The translations under genes were made by a program, and so were the position numbers. Below the pieces are notes generated by a model. It was not told the origin of the DNA and ran no database searches. It was given only the letters and a program-made list of their open reading frames with translations. A stretch of DNA of 63,067 nt, counting the filler, from Bigelowiella natans CCMP2755 (taxonomy: Eukaryota; Protista; Cercozoa): assembly GCA_000320545.1 (NCBI GenBank). It is 7 parts of 7 records of this genome, joined end to end, with 100 filler letters (N's around TTAATTAATTAA, not from the genome) between each part and the next. Parts side by side here need not be neighbours in the genome. Positions count along the whole stretch, not along the records: positions 1 to 22,361 come from ADNK01001455.1; positions 22,462 to 37,843 come from ADNK01000293.1; 5 more parts are not named here. One strand, written 5' to 3'. Positions 12,473-23,492 of the stretch are shown piece by piece. Numbering within the stretch: position 1 is the stretch's first letter; every line of letters begins with the position of its first letter.

Positions 12473-13165
12473 TGAGGCTCTAAATCGGAGCACCTTGACA
12501 TTCATCGCATACTTCATTCGTTATGGACCATTGTAGATTTTTCAGCACTCACCACGTAATCCTTTCCCAGGTGCTCCGTGCGTGTGAATCTGGGAGCTGA
12601 TAAAGAAAGCAGCGGCACATCACGTCGCGCAGAGAAAAGAATCTACGCTAAAGAGAATGTTCAAACTTTTCTTCTTGGAGTTTTCCAATTCGAGTTGCTG
12701 ATCATTCGAAGCCGCTGATAAGGGATCAAGCAGAAGAAGAACCAAGCAAAAACGTCAGGGGGATGGGAGGCAGGCGATACGGGAATTGTATGTCAGCAAA
12801 TATGGTCGTCAATTTCGGGGGGTGGGTTCTACTACTCCTTGTCTAAAATTGGGAATCCGTCGTCAGCTCGCATTGTCGACTACTACAGAAACTTATTACC
12901 CGACCAACAAACTGGCAATACTTCCGGGGAAGTAGCAGCAGCACCGTTGGCAGAAATCTGCGAGGAGAAGAACAATCATCGATAGTTTTAAGGAGATTGA
13001 AACACCGACCCACACGTGCATGAAATGGAGTCGTATGTAGGACTCTAACTCTATATCTCCCTCTTCAGAATAACTCTGCGAAAGGTGAGGGTAAAGTAAA
13101 GGGAGAAAGAAGAAGGAGAAGAAGAAGAAGAAGAAGAAGAAGAAGAAGAAGAAGAAGAAGAAGAA

Positions 13166-13197
<32 letters not shown>

Positions 13198-13560
13198 AGG
13201 GCTGCACATAGGTTTTTCCGGTACAGTGGGTGGATCCCAAAAAATCAAAAAACAGATCCGAGAGGATACGGCTGCGACCTGACTCCGCTTACTTCGCGCA
13301 CTCATTGTTTTCGGTAGCGACAGTTGAACCCTATTGCTGATGAGGTGCACTTCCCTCCTGAAAGCGAGCGCTCAGGGAAAGCAGGGCCTGGTTCGGGTGG
13401 GGCGAACCGAACGGACGGCGAAGTTGGAAACCGCTTCCCGTGTATTGTTTGTCGCAGATGTATAATTACTGGCCATTTTCCTTCATCTTACCTCCAGCTC
13501 TGGCCGTTACAACGTTGCAAAGCGCTTTCGAGCCGATTTCCAGGGCGATGAATATGGAAA
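10027..13560 (-). CDS. Leucine-rich repeat (RNI-like) protein, multi-exon; 5' boundary uncertain
   Basis: Minus-strand exons encode LRR units (LLTLSLQSNGIRDEDAAKLL; MSKNDLGSESIQAFSAAM; FVHLNLSFNAVGEKG). The last exon AQEAVRMLEGDDPESLKVVDDA ends at TAG 10029-10027. Introns carry microsatellites. Confidence 0.65.
13107..13199. repeat. (GAA)n/(TTC)n microsatellite, representative of dozens of intronic SSRs in the window
   Basis: Near-perfect trinucleotide run. Similar (AG)n, (AC)n, (AT)n, (CAT)n, (TAG)n, (CCT)n and poly-C runs fill introns from about 10 kb to 56 kb. Confidence 0.9.
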
Positions 13561-13777
13561 GAAAATCATGCGGATTATATCAACATCTAGTGCCGGGGAG
13601 GCAAGCGGAGGGACGCTTCGAAGTCGCTCTGGGTGTGTGGCGTCGGAGTTCGTTAATTCTTTCGATCTTCTCTCGACAGAATTTGATCTAAAATATTTTA
13701 TTCAAAAAGAAATGGGATTTATAGGTTGAGACGGGCATCCTGAGCCGTATTTCTTTAAAAATCGCGAATCACCAAGA

Positions 13778-14106
13778 ATGCTGATGCGAGCTGCCTTCCC
13801 CTCGCAGGCCGCGCGGACCGTGCGCCCTCTCCTCCCGACCATGCGAACAGGCGTGAGATTTGTGTCACGTAAGCGACGAAAGGAGAAAGCAAGAGCAAGA
13901 TTGCAGCAAGAGGCGGACGTCTTCGCCCAGGCCCTCAGGTTGTCGCTCACCATTCTCTACCCCCCCCCCCTATCCACCACCCCGTTTTGATCACAAATTT
14001 TGCTATTAGAGAGATGGCAGAGATGTTTGCGAACAGCCCCCAACTGCAAAAAGTTGCTGATGGTCGATACTCTTTGATACCGAATTTAGACAATCAACAT
14101 CTTCAT

Positions 14107-14141
<35 letters not shown>

Positions 14142-15832
14142 TATCATTTCCGTCATCATCATCATCTTATCACATGAGTCGCGGCGAATAAGCGGCCGAA
14201 GAAAACTGCTAATGTCCAATAAATTCCAGATGTGGACAAGGTGATGAAGGAGCGAGGAGTCCTGCGTGACGTCTTCGGCGGCGGCATAGAGGGGCGGGGA
14301 GCACTGGAGATAGATCCATTCCCTGTGAGAGAGGCCTTCTTGGAATCGTCGACATTACTAGGAAAAGAAGAAGAATCTGCAGATGAAGAGGATTTATTAG
14401 ACTCCTCTTCCTCCTCACCATCATCATCATCGTCGTCGTCTTCGCCTAGTCCTCGTTTAATACCGGATGAAAGAGGTGATATCGCTGTGCATCGTACCGA
14501 TCTCCATTGATTGATCAACCTGCTTAAGCCTCACAGCGTTGCCATTTCTTTTATGTAGTGGTTATAGAGGACGCTAAAAGTCCAGTGGAATCAGCTGACG
14601 GGGGGGGGCTGAGATCTCTTTTTGCGAGCTCTTCAGATGAGAGGAGGGTGTGTGCAGAAGAAGAAACGAAGAAATGCCAGCTTTTTCATGTCACGTCAGG
14701 GCAGCATCGTGCTTAGAATTGCATATTTCGTGACATCATAAGAAAATCCATGCATGATTGGTTTTATGCGTGTTCACGTCGCCCCTTTCGTCTTAAGATT
14801 CGCTTCTACTGCTGCTGCTCCTTTCCCCCCCCGATAATAGGAGAGCACCCGGCAGTTGAAGAATACCATGCGTAGCAGCAGAATCAAGGTTCTATATGAT
14901 AATGAGATAATGATGATGATGATGATGATGGTGATAAAGGGATGGTGTATCATTGGCAGCTGCATAAAGGTTGTCATTTGCGTCTATTTCACGCGTGATA
15001 TATGCCCCCTCCCCCCCCCTCCTCCTCAGGAACTATTGCGAGACTACTTCAATAGTCCTCGATGTCCTGTGGTTATTCAGCCGAAAGGTGCCCCGAAAGG
15101 TGCACACCTGCAACAACATCATTAGAATGATGATAATGATGACGAGTGAGACCAGTGCGCACAGGAAGAGGGATGCTATCACGCCTGATGGCCGAAATTG
15201 CGTCATTCTATACAGAGAATACATCGACAATCAGCCGCATTTGGCGCTGACAAGTATTTTCAACCTTTTCGTGTTGCTGACTTCCGTTTTCTTCTTCTTC
15301 TTCTTCTTCCACTTGCTGCCATCCCTCCCCCCCCCCCCCCCCTTTTTCCCCGGGCGCTCAGGAGCTCGACGTACTGGCCACCACGTTGGGGCATGACTCA
15401 GCCGACTTCCAGAACTTTAGAGAGTATATAAACAAGAAAACGTTCTTCGACAAGGCGGAGCTCTCCCGAGGTGAAGAGGATGAAACATAAACGTGCATGA
15501 GGATGTGGGAAGCTTGTTGAAGGAGAGCCCCTCTCCGCGTGGGTGATTTGGCGTTTTTTGGTAGCAGCAAGTCATCGTCCGTCGTCGTTTTCATATCATG
15601 CGCAACACACGCAGAGGTCTCTTCGGTCTTACTGCGAAACATCGGGAGGATACGATACTATCTCGGCAAAAAGGCTAGCATGAAGAGGGTGCCTGAGTTG
15701 AGGTTCAGGTATGTACCCCGCAGTAACAATAATAATAATAGCAATAATAATAATAATAATGATAATAGTAAGGAAAATTCATATGACACTGATGTTTGTG
15801 GCGATTTCTTTCCCCCCCCACCCCCTTTCTAT

Positions 15833-15878
<46 letters not shown>

Positions 15879-15980
15879 GTGCGTGTGCTTCCCATTTAAT
15901 GTCGTAGGGAGTACTCAGCCAGCGATCACGAGAAGATGGCGAGCATGAACAAGCTGATAAACTCAATAGTGCAGAAGTAA
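13778..15980 (+). CDS. RBFA: Ribosome-binding factor A family protein, probably mitochondrial
   Basis: Arg/Ala/Leu-rich, acid-free N-terminus (MLMRAAFPSQAARTVRPLLPTMRTGVRFVS). RbfA-like motifs ITPDGRNCVILY and LLRNIGRIRYYLGKKASMKRVPELRFR. The last exon ends NKLINSIVQK with TAA at 15978-15980. Confidence 0.75.
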
Positions 15981-15989
15981 ATGAGATGG

Positions 15990-17080
15990 TTCGTTAGCGG
16001 AACGCTTGTATGCTCAGTCGCCTCTATTACTACTACAACTACCACTACTACCTACTACTAACTCTACTGCACCCCCGCGCACACACACGCACGCACGCAC
16101 GCACACTAGCTATGTAGGACGGATGTAATTAATCAATTAAACTTGTTCAATGTAAATAAAATATTACATCAGCGCGCAATAATATGGCTGCACGCTTATT
16201 GCATAGCACATAGCAGCAGCACATAGCACATAACGAAGCATTACGCACTAAAGAATGTAGCTGCATCGTGTCTGGTTACAAGTACCGCATACGTAGAGGC
16301 GCTGACTATCGCTGCGATGAGCTACGACTATATGAGGCATATCGAAATAGTAGTACAATATACCACCAATAAGTTTTGACGCACTGTTCACATGGCCTCC
16401 GGCGGGCTACGTACACGATACGTCTATGTGCGGCATACAGTATGCATGCATGATAGGTGAAATCTCTATAGTTAGACATGGCAGTCGGTCTCCATTTCTG
16501 TGCGTACGTAACTATGTAAGTGCCCTACGGCGTATTAGCTAGCGCAGCATGACGACAAGCGCATGCATGTAGCTCATTGGCCATGTATGGCCAGCGCCAA
16601 ATACGACATCGCAAGTCCTCCACGTATCGTACACGTACGCAGCATGAATACTTGCAAGCGCAATATAAATACACATATCGAGCTAGAGTGACGTGTGCGC
16701 ATGACAGCGCCATGCAGTACGTACATAGGCCCTACCGTGTACGTACCCCCATGCTAGCATGCTATGTCCGGTATAATTAAAAAACAGTACAAGTAGAGCC
16801 TGCGTGCGGCCTACATACGCGAGTGCACGCTATATGTGCAGCTGTGTGTGTGATACAAGCGGTGCGATGTTTCGTTACGCTAAAGTAGTAGACAGCAGCA
16901 GCTCTGCGCGCATAGGACACTGTTGCTATCATCGCCATGCGGGTGGTGTGCATTCCCAGGAAACTAATATAATTGTACCTTAGACGACTGAGCCAATTAA
17001 GCAAATAATAACTTATAGCAGCATATGCTGATGGCTTTTGAAACCCACAGCAGCCGTATCGCACACTGATACAGCTCTGA
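15990..17080. other. Convergent-gene spacer rich in short palindromes (TACGTA, GCTAGC, GTAC, CATG, TGCA)
   Basis: Lies between the 3' ends of RBFA and the glycerate kinase. Visibly dense in alternating purine-pyrimidine palindromes, with no credible ORF. Confidence 0.6.
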
Positions 17081-17083
17081 CTA

Positions 17084-18715
17084 CTAAGCCGCCAGCATTA
17101 TTATAAGGTCCATCACATTCGTGCCTGTTGGCCCGTCGCGAAGGTGCATTACATTCTCACGTCCAGCGTACAGAGACTTCTCTAGATCCTTGAAGAACCC
17201 ATAGGAATTCGCCGAGGTAATGGCGTCTTCATAGTCAAGGCCATGCTCCGCAGCAAGCTTAAAGTCGCTTCCGGTCACCACTGCGCCGGCGGCGTCATGC
17301 TTCGGCCCGTCCCCTCCATCGGTGCCCGCCGCAAGAAACGCGACTTTGGACAGACCTCGAATCGTCCTCATAGCAGACAATGCCAGAGCCTGGTTACGTC
17401 CACCTAGACCTGGATTAGGGGGCAAGGTCATTGTGGTTTCGCCTCCGCCGATGATCGCCACCGGCCGCTTACGGGGGAGCTCTTCCTCGGCTACCGACTT
17501 CAGGATACCCCCCATAGCGGTACCTACTGCAAGGGCATCGCCCTCTATGTACGAGCCAAGCACAAGGGGCTCGAATCCGTACTCTCTGGCCTTCTCTGCG
17601 CACGCACGCACGGCCAGGCTATTGCTTCCGACGACTTCGACCACGTCGTACTTGAACATCAAGTCTCCGGATTTCGGTGTCTCCCGGGACACCGAAGACG
17701 ACGATAGCGCTGAGGATGCGATGAGATGCTCATTGCATGACGCTGGGAATCGCTTTTCCAGACCGAAGCGCGCCATGATTCGCTTGCACTCCTCCATGGT
17801 TGAGGTGTCAGGCACTGTGGGCCCTGATGCGATAACGTCCAGGGGGTCCCCGACTACGTCGCTCAGAATGAAGCTCACGCACTGCCCTGGGTGTATCTGA
17901 CGGCGCAGCTGGCCTCCTTTAACAAGGGAGAGGTGCTTTAGAATAGCATTCTTGTCGTCGATTGAACAACCGCATGCCAGGAGGGCCTTGGTTGCAGCCT
18001 GCATCTCGGCCAGGCTCACGCCGTCGACAGGAGAACACAGCAGCGCACTCCCCCCACCGGACAGGCACACAATCACCAAATCGTTTTCCGAAGCCTTGCT
18101 GGCAAGTTTCAAAACCGCCTGCGTTCCTTGCACAGAGTTTTGATCTGGTGATGGATGGCCCGCCTCGTGCACTTGGAACTGCGCACTCGGAAGCCGATGC
18201 CCCCTCGAGTGCCCGTACTTGGTGATGACTACGCCTTCCGAAATGCGCTCGGCACCGACTTTTGCCACAATACCCTCTGCCATACCCACTGCTGCCTTCC
18301 CAGCAGCGATCACGAAGATGTTATCAAACTCCGAAAGGGGCACGACGCGCTCGCTGACCTTCATGGATTTCCCATCAGGCATGACGTGGATTGCATTAGA
18401 AATAGCCTTGGATGGGGCTACTGCTTCACATCCTGCCTTAAAAATATTTCGAGCAATCTCTCTCAACCCGTCCTCATCGCCAGTTTGGGTGCTTGCTGCA
18501 GCTACCTCGGGGAAGACTGTTGATGTTTCCCTCGCTCCCCCTTCAAATGCAGAAGTCATGTGTCGCGATATGTTAGCCAGCCTCCGTTGTGCACGAACCA
18601 TGCTACGATTATCATGAATAGCGCGTATCGTTCTCCCGCCAACCCCACAATTAGGCAGAGGATTTTGCCGGAGCAAGGCCGGAGGGGAGGCTGCGATTCG
18701 CGACACCGACCACAT
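17084..18715 (-). CDS. GLYCTK: Glycerate 2-kinase, MOFRL/TtuD family, intronless
   Basis: 543-aa ORF with VIAAGKAAVGMA, EAGHPSPD, CLSGGGSALL, LKHLSLVKGGQL, ILSDVVGDPLDVIASGPTVPD, GGETT, GGRNQALAL, GTDGGDGP and GPTGTNVMDL. Confidence 0.95.
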   Translation of the reverse strand: MWSVSRIAASPPALLRQNPLPNCGVGGRTIRAIHDNRSMVRAQRRLANISRHMTSAFEGGARETSTVFPEVAAASTQTGDEDGLREIARNIFKAGCEAVAPSKAISNAIHVMPDGKSMKVSERVVPLSEFDNIFVIAAGKAAVGMAEGIVAKVGAERISEGVVITKYGHSRGHRLPSAQFQVHEAGHPSPDQNSVQGTQAVLKLASKASENDLVIVCLSGGGSALLCSPVDGVSLAEMQAATKALLACGCSIDDKNAILKHLSLVKGGQLRRQIHPGQCVSFILSDVVGDPLDVIASGPTVPDTSTMEECKRIMARFGLEKRFPASCNEHLIASSALSSSSVSRETPKSGDLMFKYDVVEVVGSNSLAVRACAEKAREYGFEPLVLGSYIEGDALAVGTAMGGILKSVAEEELPRKRPVAIIGGGETTMTLPPNPGLGGRNQALALSAMRTIRGLSKVAFLAAGTDGGDGPKHDAAGAVVTGSDFKLAAEHGLDYEDAITSANSYGFFKDLEKSLYAGRENVMHLRDGPTGTNVMDLIIMLAA

Positions 18716-18747
18716 CCGTCCTCTTCTGTCGCAGTCTCCAGCTAGTC

Positions 18748-18782
18748 TCGAGATAGTCTCAAGAATATCTCGACTATCTCGA
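18748..18782. promoter_or_regulatory. 11-bp perfect inverted repeat immediately upstream of the glycerate kinase
   Basis: TCGAGATAGTC (18748-18758), a 13-nt spacer, then GACTATCTCGA (18772-18782), about 30 nt upstream of the start codon. Confidence 0.5.
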
Positions 18783-19451
18783 AAAACAGCCTTTTTTACA
18801 TGTAAACTACGCTCTTATGTACCTACCTGTAGTATGTTGTGAGATGACCTCGACCTCGGCCTTCATATTTTTCCAGGTAAAAATCCTTGGAAACGCGCCC
18901 GGATGGCTTTTGCCCAGTTCGGCACGATTAAACATCACAACTAAAAAAGTCGTCAATTAGAAATCTGCGACCTTGTAACATCTCAGTATTTTAAGGTGAA
19001 AAACGATGCGTTTCAAGTTGCAGCGTAGGTCGTATTCTGTGTTCCGTGGTCCTTTTAATAATTCTGACGACCAACGTCTGCAAGCTGGATGACCTCCAGG
19101 ATCTTTTCCCTAAAAATTAAACCCTTAATAAAATTACAAAATAATAGCGACTACAGTGGCAATCATCCATTGCGACATCCGTTTAGCAGGATTTTTGGTA
19201 AAATAATTTGACTTACGATGTTTCCTGTTGTAAAAAATGTACCAGAAGATTTAGCGGGGAAAACATGTATAACAGGGATATTATTGTCACGTAGGTTTTC
19301 GGAAATATTGGGGTGCGAAAGTTCCCCTTCTCCCCTCCCTTCGGACTCGCATCCGCAGCCGACCTTTCAGACAGGGGACTCAGCCGAAACCTGCCGCCGC
19401 CATTCTTTCGTACACAGCTATTCGTCCACCAGGACCCGAAATTTCTTCGGG

Positions 19452-20361
19452 ATGTTGGGATGGCGCAGCGTCCTTCGAGTGCGAGCGGGAACGGAGCACC
19501 GAATATTGCCATGGCGGTCGGGTCTTAGGTTTATGCGGATAAGAGAGAAGTCCGATCTATCTTCGTCTGCCGCCGGATTCCCGCATAAGAGCCGTACAAT
19601 GACAAAGAGGAGCTCGGTGACTAGCGGCGGCATGCTGAACATGCCAGCTTTGCGTTCTACTGCCCCCTCCTCTTCTACATACTGCCCTGTGACTTCGTCG
19701 ACATTTCGCAGCCACCGCGGCAGACGAGGGCTGTCGTCCTCTTCAGGTGCTTCCTCTCCAGGAACAGTGAATAAGAGCGGGACGCGGGAGCGAAGCAGCA
19801 GCCAAAGCTTGCTGACAAAGTTGCTTTCCATATTGGGCATTTCCAAGCCAGACAACATCGACTCGCTTCTTGAGGAGCACGAAAAGAATGAGGTGGCCGC
19901 AGTGATGCTCTTAACGCTGTTTGTTCTTTGGTTTTTAACATCTTTTCAATATATGGCCTAGGCGTATCACTTGTCTTTCGAATGTGTTCTCCTCTAAATA
20001 CATACTAGCCAAGATAAAATGCATCGATCTCCCCCCCCCCTCCCCCCCCCCTCTTCTCCCACTTAGCGTCGCTCGACGGCAGGACCTGTTTCCGCACTGG
20101 AAATGTTTCGCTCTCTCAAAGGGTAAGTGCGTGTCAAAAGACGTTGATGTGGTGAGCTCTGGAAATATGAGATGGTTTGATGATATGAGCGTCGTAACCA
20201 TGGCCGTCCTCCTCGTTGTCGTCTGCTGTCGGCACGCATGCATGAGCCACTTTACAACATCATCGAAGATGACGATAACACGACGATGATTCTTGGTGGT
20301 AGTGTAGGCGGGAACAACATAGAAGAAGAAGAAGAAGAAGAAGAAGAAGAAGAAAAGGAAG

Positions 20362-20392
<31 letters not shown>

Positions 20393-20739
20393 GATTCGTG
20401 AAAGTCATCGACCATGAGACTCCTTCATCCTGTTTACTAGGTACGTTTGGCCCGAAAAAGGTGGAAGGGAGATCAAGATCCGAGTGGTTAGATTGATTTA
20501 TATTTGCCAGTCAAATTTCGTCGTGTCTTTCGTATGTGCTGTGATGTTCTATGCTGCGGCGAATAGCACGGAGCGATGGGTACTTACTTGTGCGCGATGC
20601 GGTCTCAGAAGATCTCTTCCATCGTGACCTGGAGCTGCTAGCCTCGTGCTTGTATTGTTATTATTTCTGTTTGTGTAACGGTATGATGGATATGTACATT
20701 CATAATGCAGCTCATCTTGTCCCACCCCCATACACACAA

Positions 20740-20778
<39 letters not shown>

Positions 20779-22144
20779 TGCGCGCAGCATTACACCCGAA
20801 CGCCTCATATACGAATCTTGACTTGTGGAATTGGACGCTACTGCGACATACGACAAATCAGATGACGTCGATAGGGCTACTCCTTGGTGCGAAGATGATA
20901 TCGATCGAGGTCTAAAGAACCCAATGGCCTTGACATCGACGATATGCTCATACATCATCATCATCATCATCATCATCATCTACACGAAATATCATCCTGC
21001 TGGTTTTTATCACCGCTCATAAGCGACAATTTCCCTCCCCCCCCCCACTCCCCCCTCTTCCTCTTTCCCCACTAGGTGCCCTTTTTGTTCAAGCACATCG
21101 TCGATGGTCTCGCGCACGATCACGATGTAACGTCTACTATGCTTGCGGAGGTCCCTGAAATCACTGTCCCCGTAGCGCTGATCTTGGGGTGAGAAACTAT
21201 AAGGAGGCTGGCAAAAGAGCACAACTTTTTTAAAAACAAAAAAAGGAGAAATATAATATATCTATTCATTCCCACCGTCTAGAATTCACATCCTCCCCTC
21301 CCCCCCTCCCCCCCCCCCTCTTTGCGTGCGTGCACTTCTGTCATCATTAGCTACGGCATTGGCCGCTCCACCGCGACCGTTTTTGGAGAGGTAGGGAAGT
21401 CGTGTACTTAGATCGTTACTGAGAAGAGGGTCAATGCTAGTGTCGCATTGATGGGATATACGGAGAAACGCTCATTGCTGCACCTTGCACACAAATGGTT
21501 GGTTGCAGGCGAAGAACGCCGTGTTTGCCGTCGTAGCACAGAAGGCTAATAGGAAGATCCTCAGGAGGGTATTCGAGCATCTGCAAAGGTGGTGGAGGTG
21601 GTGGTGGTGGTGGTGGTGGTGGTGGTGGTGATGGGGGTGAGGGGGGAGGCACGTGCGTTTGGTGAAAGTGATGATGATGATGATGATGATGCTGATTATT
21701 GTTATTATTATTATGATGGAGGAGCGCGGAGTCGGGTGCAATTTTGAAGCAAATAGCATTGGGCGTTTGTTAGTCTCTCCGTTACCTTTCATCTCTTCCT
21801 CCTCCTCCTCCTCCTCACCCATTCTCACCTTCCGGATGCATTTTAGGCTGGACATGCGATTTCATACCGAACGCCAGACAGGTATGCATGGTTTCGTAGT
21901 CGTGCTCTTTGTCGTCGTCGTTTCGTCATTTTTTTGTCATTGTTGTTGTTGTTGTTGGTAACATAAATAATGCGCTGCCATCGCGCGCGCGTGCGTGCTA
22001 TGAGCATGGAGGAGAGTTTCTTCTTGTTGTTGTTGTTGCTGCTGCTATTGTTGTTGGGGTTCTTTTCTTCTTTCCCTCCAACCTCCCTCCCTCGCTCACA
22101 TCTCCCTCGTCGCTCAGGCACGGTCTCTAGGGTTATGATTAGAG
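19452..22144 (+). CDS. ATM1: Mitochondrial ABC transporter ATM1/ABCB7 family, 5' part only (truncated by assembly gap)
   Basis: Long R/S-rich presequence, then spliced exons YVWPEKGGREIKIRV / MTSIGLLLGAKMISIE / VPFLFKHIVDGL..VALILG / YGIGRSTATVFGE / AKNAVFAVVAQKANRKILRRVFEHLQ / LDMRFHTERQTG / TVSRVMIRG, matching the start of the ATM1 transmembrane domain. Confidence 0.9.
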
Positions 22145-22270
22145 GTGAAGGCAAAAGAACGCAGAATAAGGAGACATGTAGCAATAGTGCACACGCACAC
22201 GCACACATGCACTTTGAACATTCTCGTCCTCGTCCTCTTCGTCTTCCTCTTCCCCCCCCCAGCCCCCCAC

Positions 22271-22315
<45 letters not shown>

Positions 22316-22361
22316 AAAGAAAGAATTGGGTTTCCCCACGACGACTACTCTTAATGTACCC

Positions 22362-22461
22362 NNNNNNNNNNNNNNNNNNNNNNNNNNNNNNNNNNNNNNN
22401 NNNNNTTAATTAATTAANNNNNNNNNNNNNNNNNNNNNNNNNNNNNNNNNNNNNNNNNNNN
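22362..22461. other. Artificial assembly gap linker (N44-TTAATTAATTAA-N44)
   Basis: 100-nt N run with a central all-frame-stop 12-mer, identical at all six gaps. Confidence 0.95.
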
Positions 22462-22612
22462 CGGCAACCACCTGCCCCCCCCCTCCCCCTCCCTCCTCCT
22501 CCTCCTCCTCCTCCTCCTCCTCCTCCTCCTCCTCTCCCTTCTCTTTCTATTTTTCGCGTTCTTATAGCAACCCCCCCCCCCCTCCCTCCCCACCACCACG
22601 TGCAAGTATCAC

Positions 22613-22785
22613 CGTAGACGTATCCACCGACACGAATAGACCCTGTGATGGATGGTTGCGATGATGATGATGATGATGATGATGGTAATGTTATGGGGAG
22701 TAAGTGGTTGCAGCACTAGTAGTGGCAGTAGTAGTTAATGTCGACACGATTTCATCAGGAAGAGAGCGACGAAGGGAGGAAGAGG

Positions 22786-22870
<85 letters not shown>

Positions 22871-23458
22871 GATAAAGTTGTGCTCACATTCCTATACTCC
22901 AAGCAAAATAGATACATACACCAAAATTATCGACTGCTGCAAATAAGACTAAAATCCTTTCACATTACTACTACCACTACTACTACTACTACTACTACGC
23001 TACCATCATCATGATAACCACCAATCATCAGCGGCAATTGTGGAACGAAAAGAACCACCTGTAACAACGCTGATGTGAGCTTGTGGTGTGCCAGAGACGC
23101 ATTTAGCCGTCGACAGACGAATATCTAGGAGAGAGGGAGGAAGGACGGGGGGGGGGAAATGAGAAGTTAATACACAGCAGCGGACCAAGCAAACGGCTCA
23201 GCATACTATGAAGGGATTATTTTCGAGAGTCAAAATGAGGTACCGCGGGAAGAGTAAGGGCGACCTTCCACCCGGGCCTTCTCTGTTGATTCGAGATTAC
23301 TTCCTGGCGAGCAGAGTGTAACATGCGGGGGTCGGGGGTGGGGGGGGAAGGACCACTTACCAATCGACTTCATACACGAAATGATGATTGTACAACTTTT
23401 ACTATTGGATACAAAGAGGAGTGTGTAAGGGGAAATATGACTTTTTTGCAAAAACACG

Positions 23459-23492
<34 letters not shown>

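Noticed and set aside
19418-19858. Protein-looking 146-aa minus-strand ORF
   Set aside because: Antisense to the ATM1 presequence exon. The plus strand splices into a clear ATM1 domain.
22406-22417. TTAATTAATTAA repeated six times, as a possible biological repeat or IES-like motif
   Set aside because: Always centred in an identical 100-nt N run and gives stops in all six frames, so it is an assembly linker.
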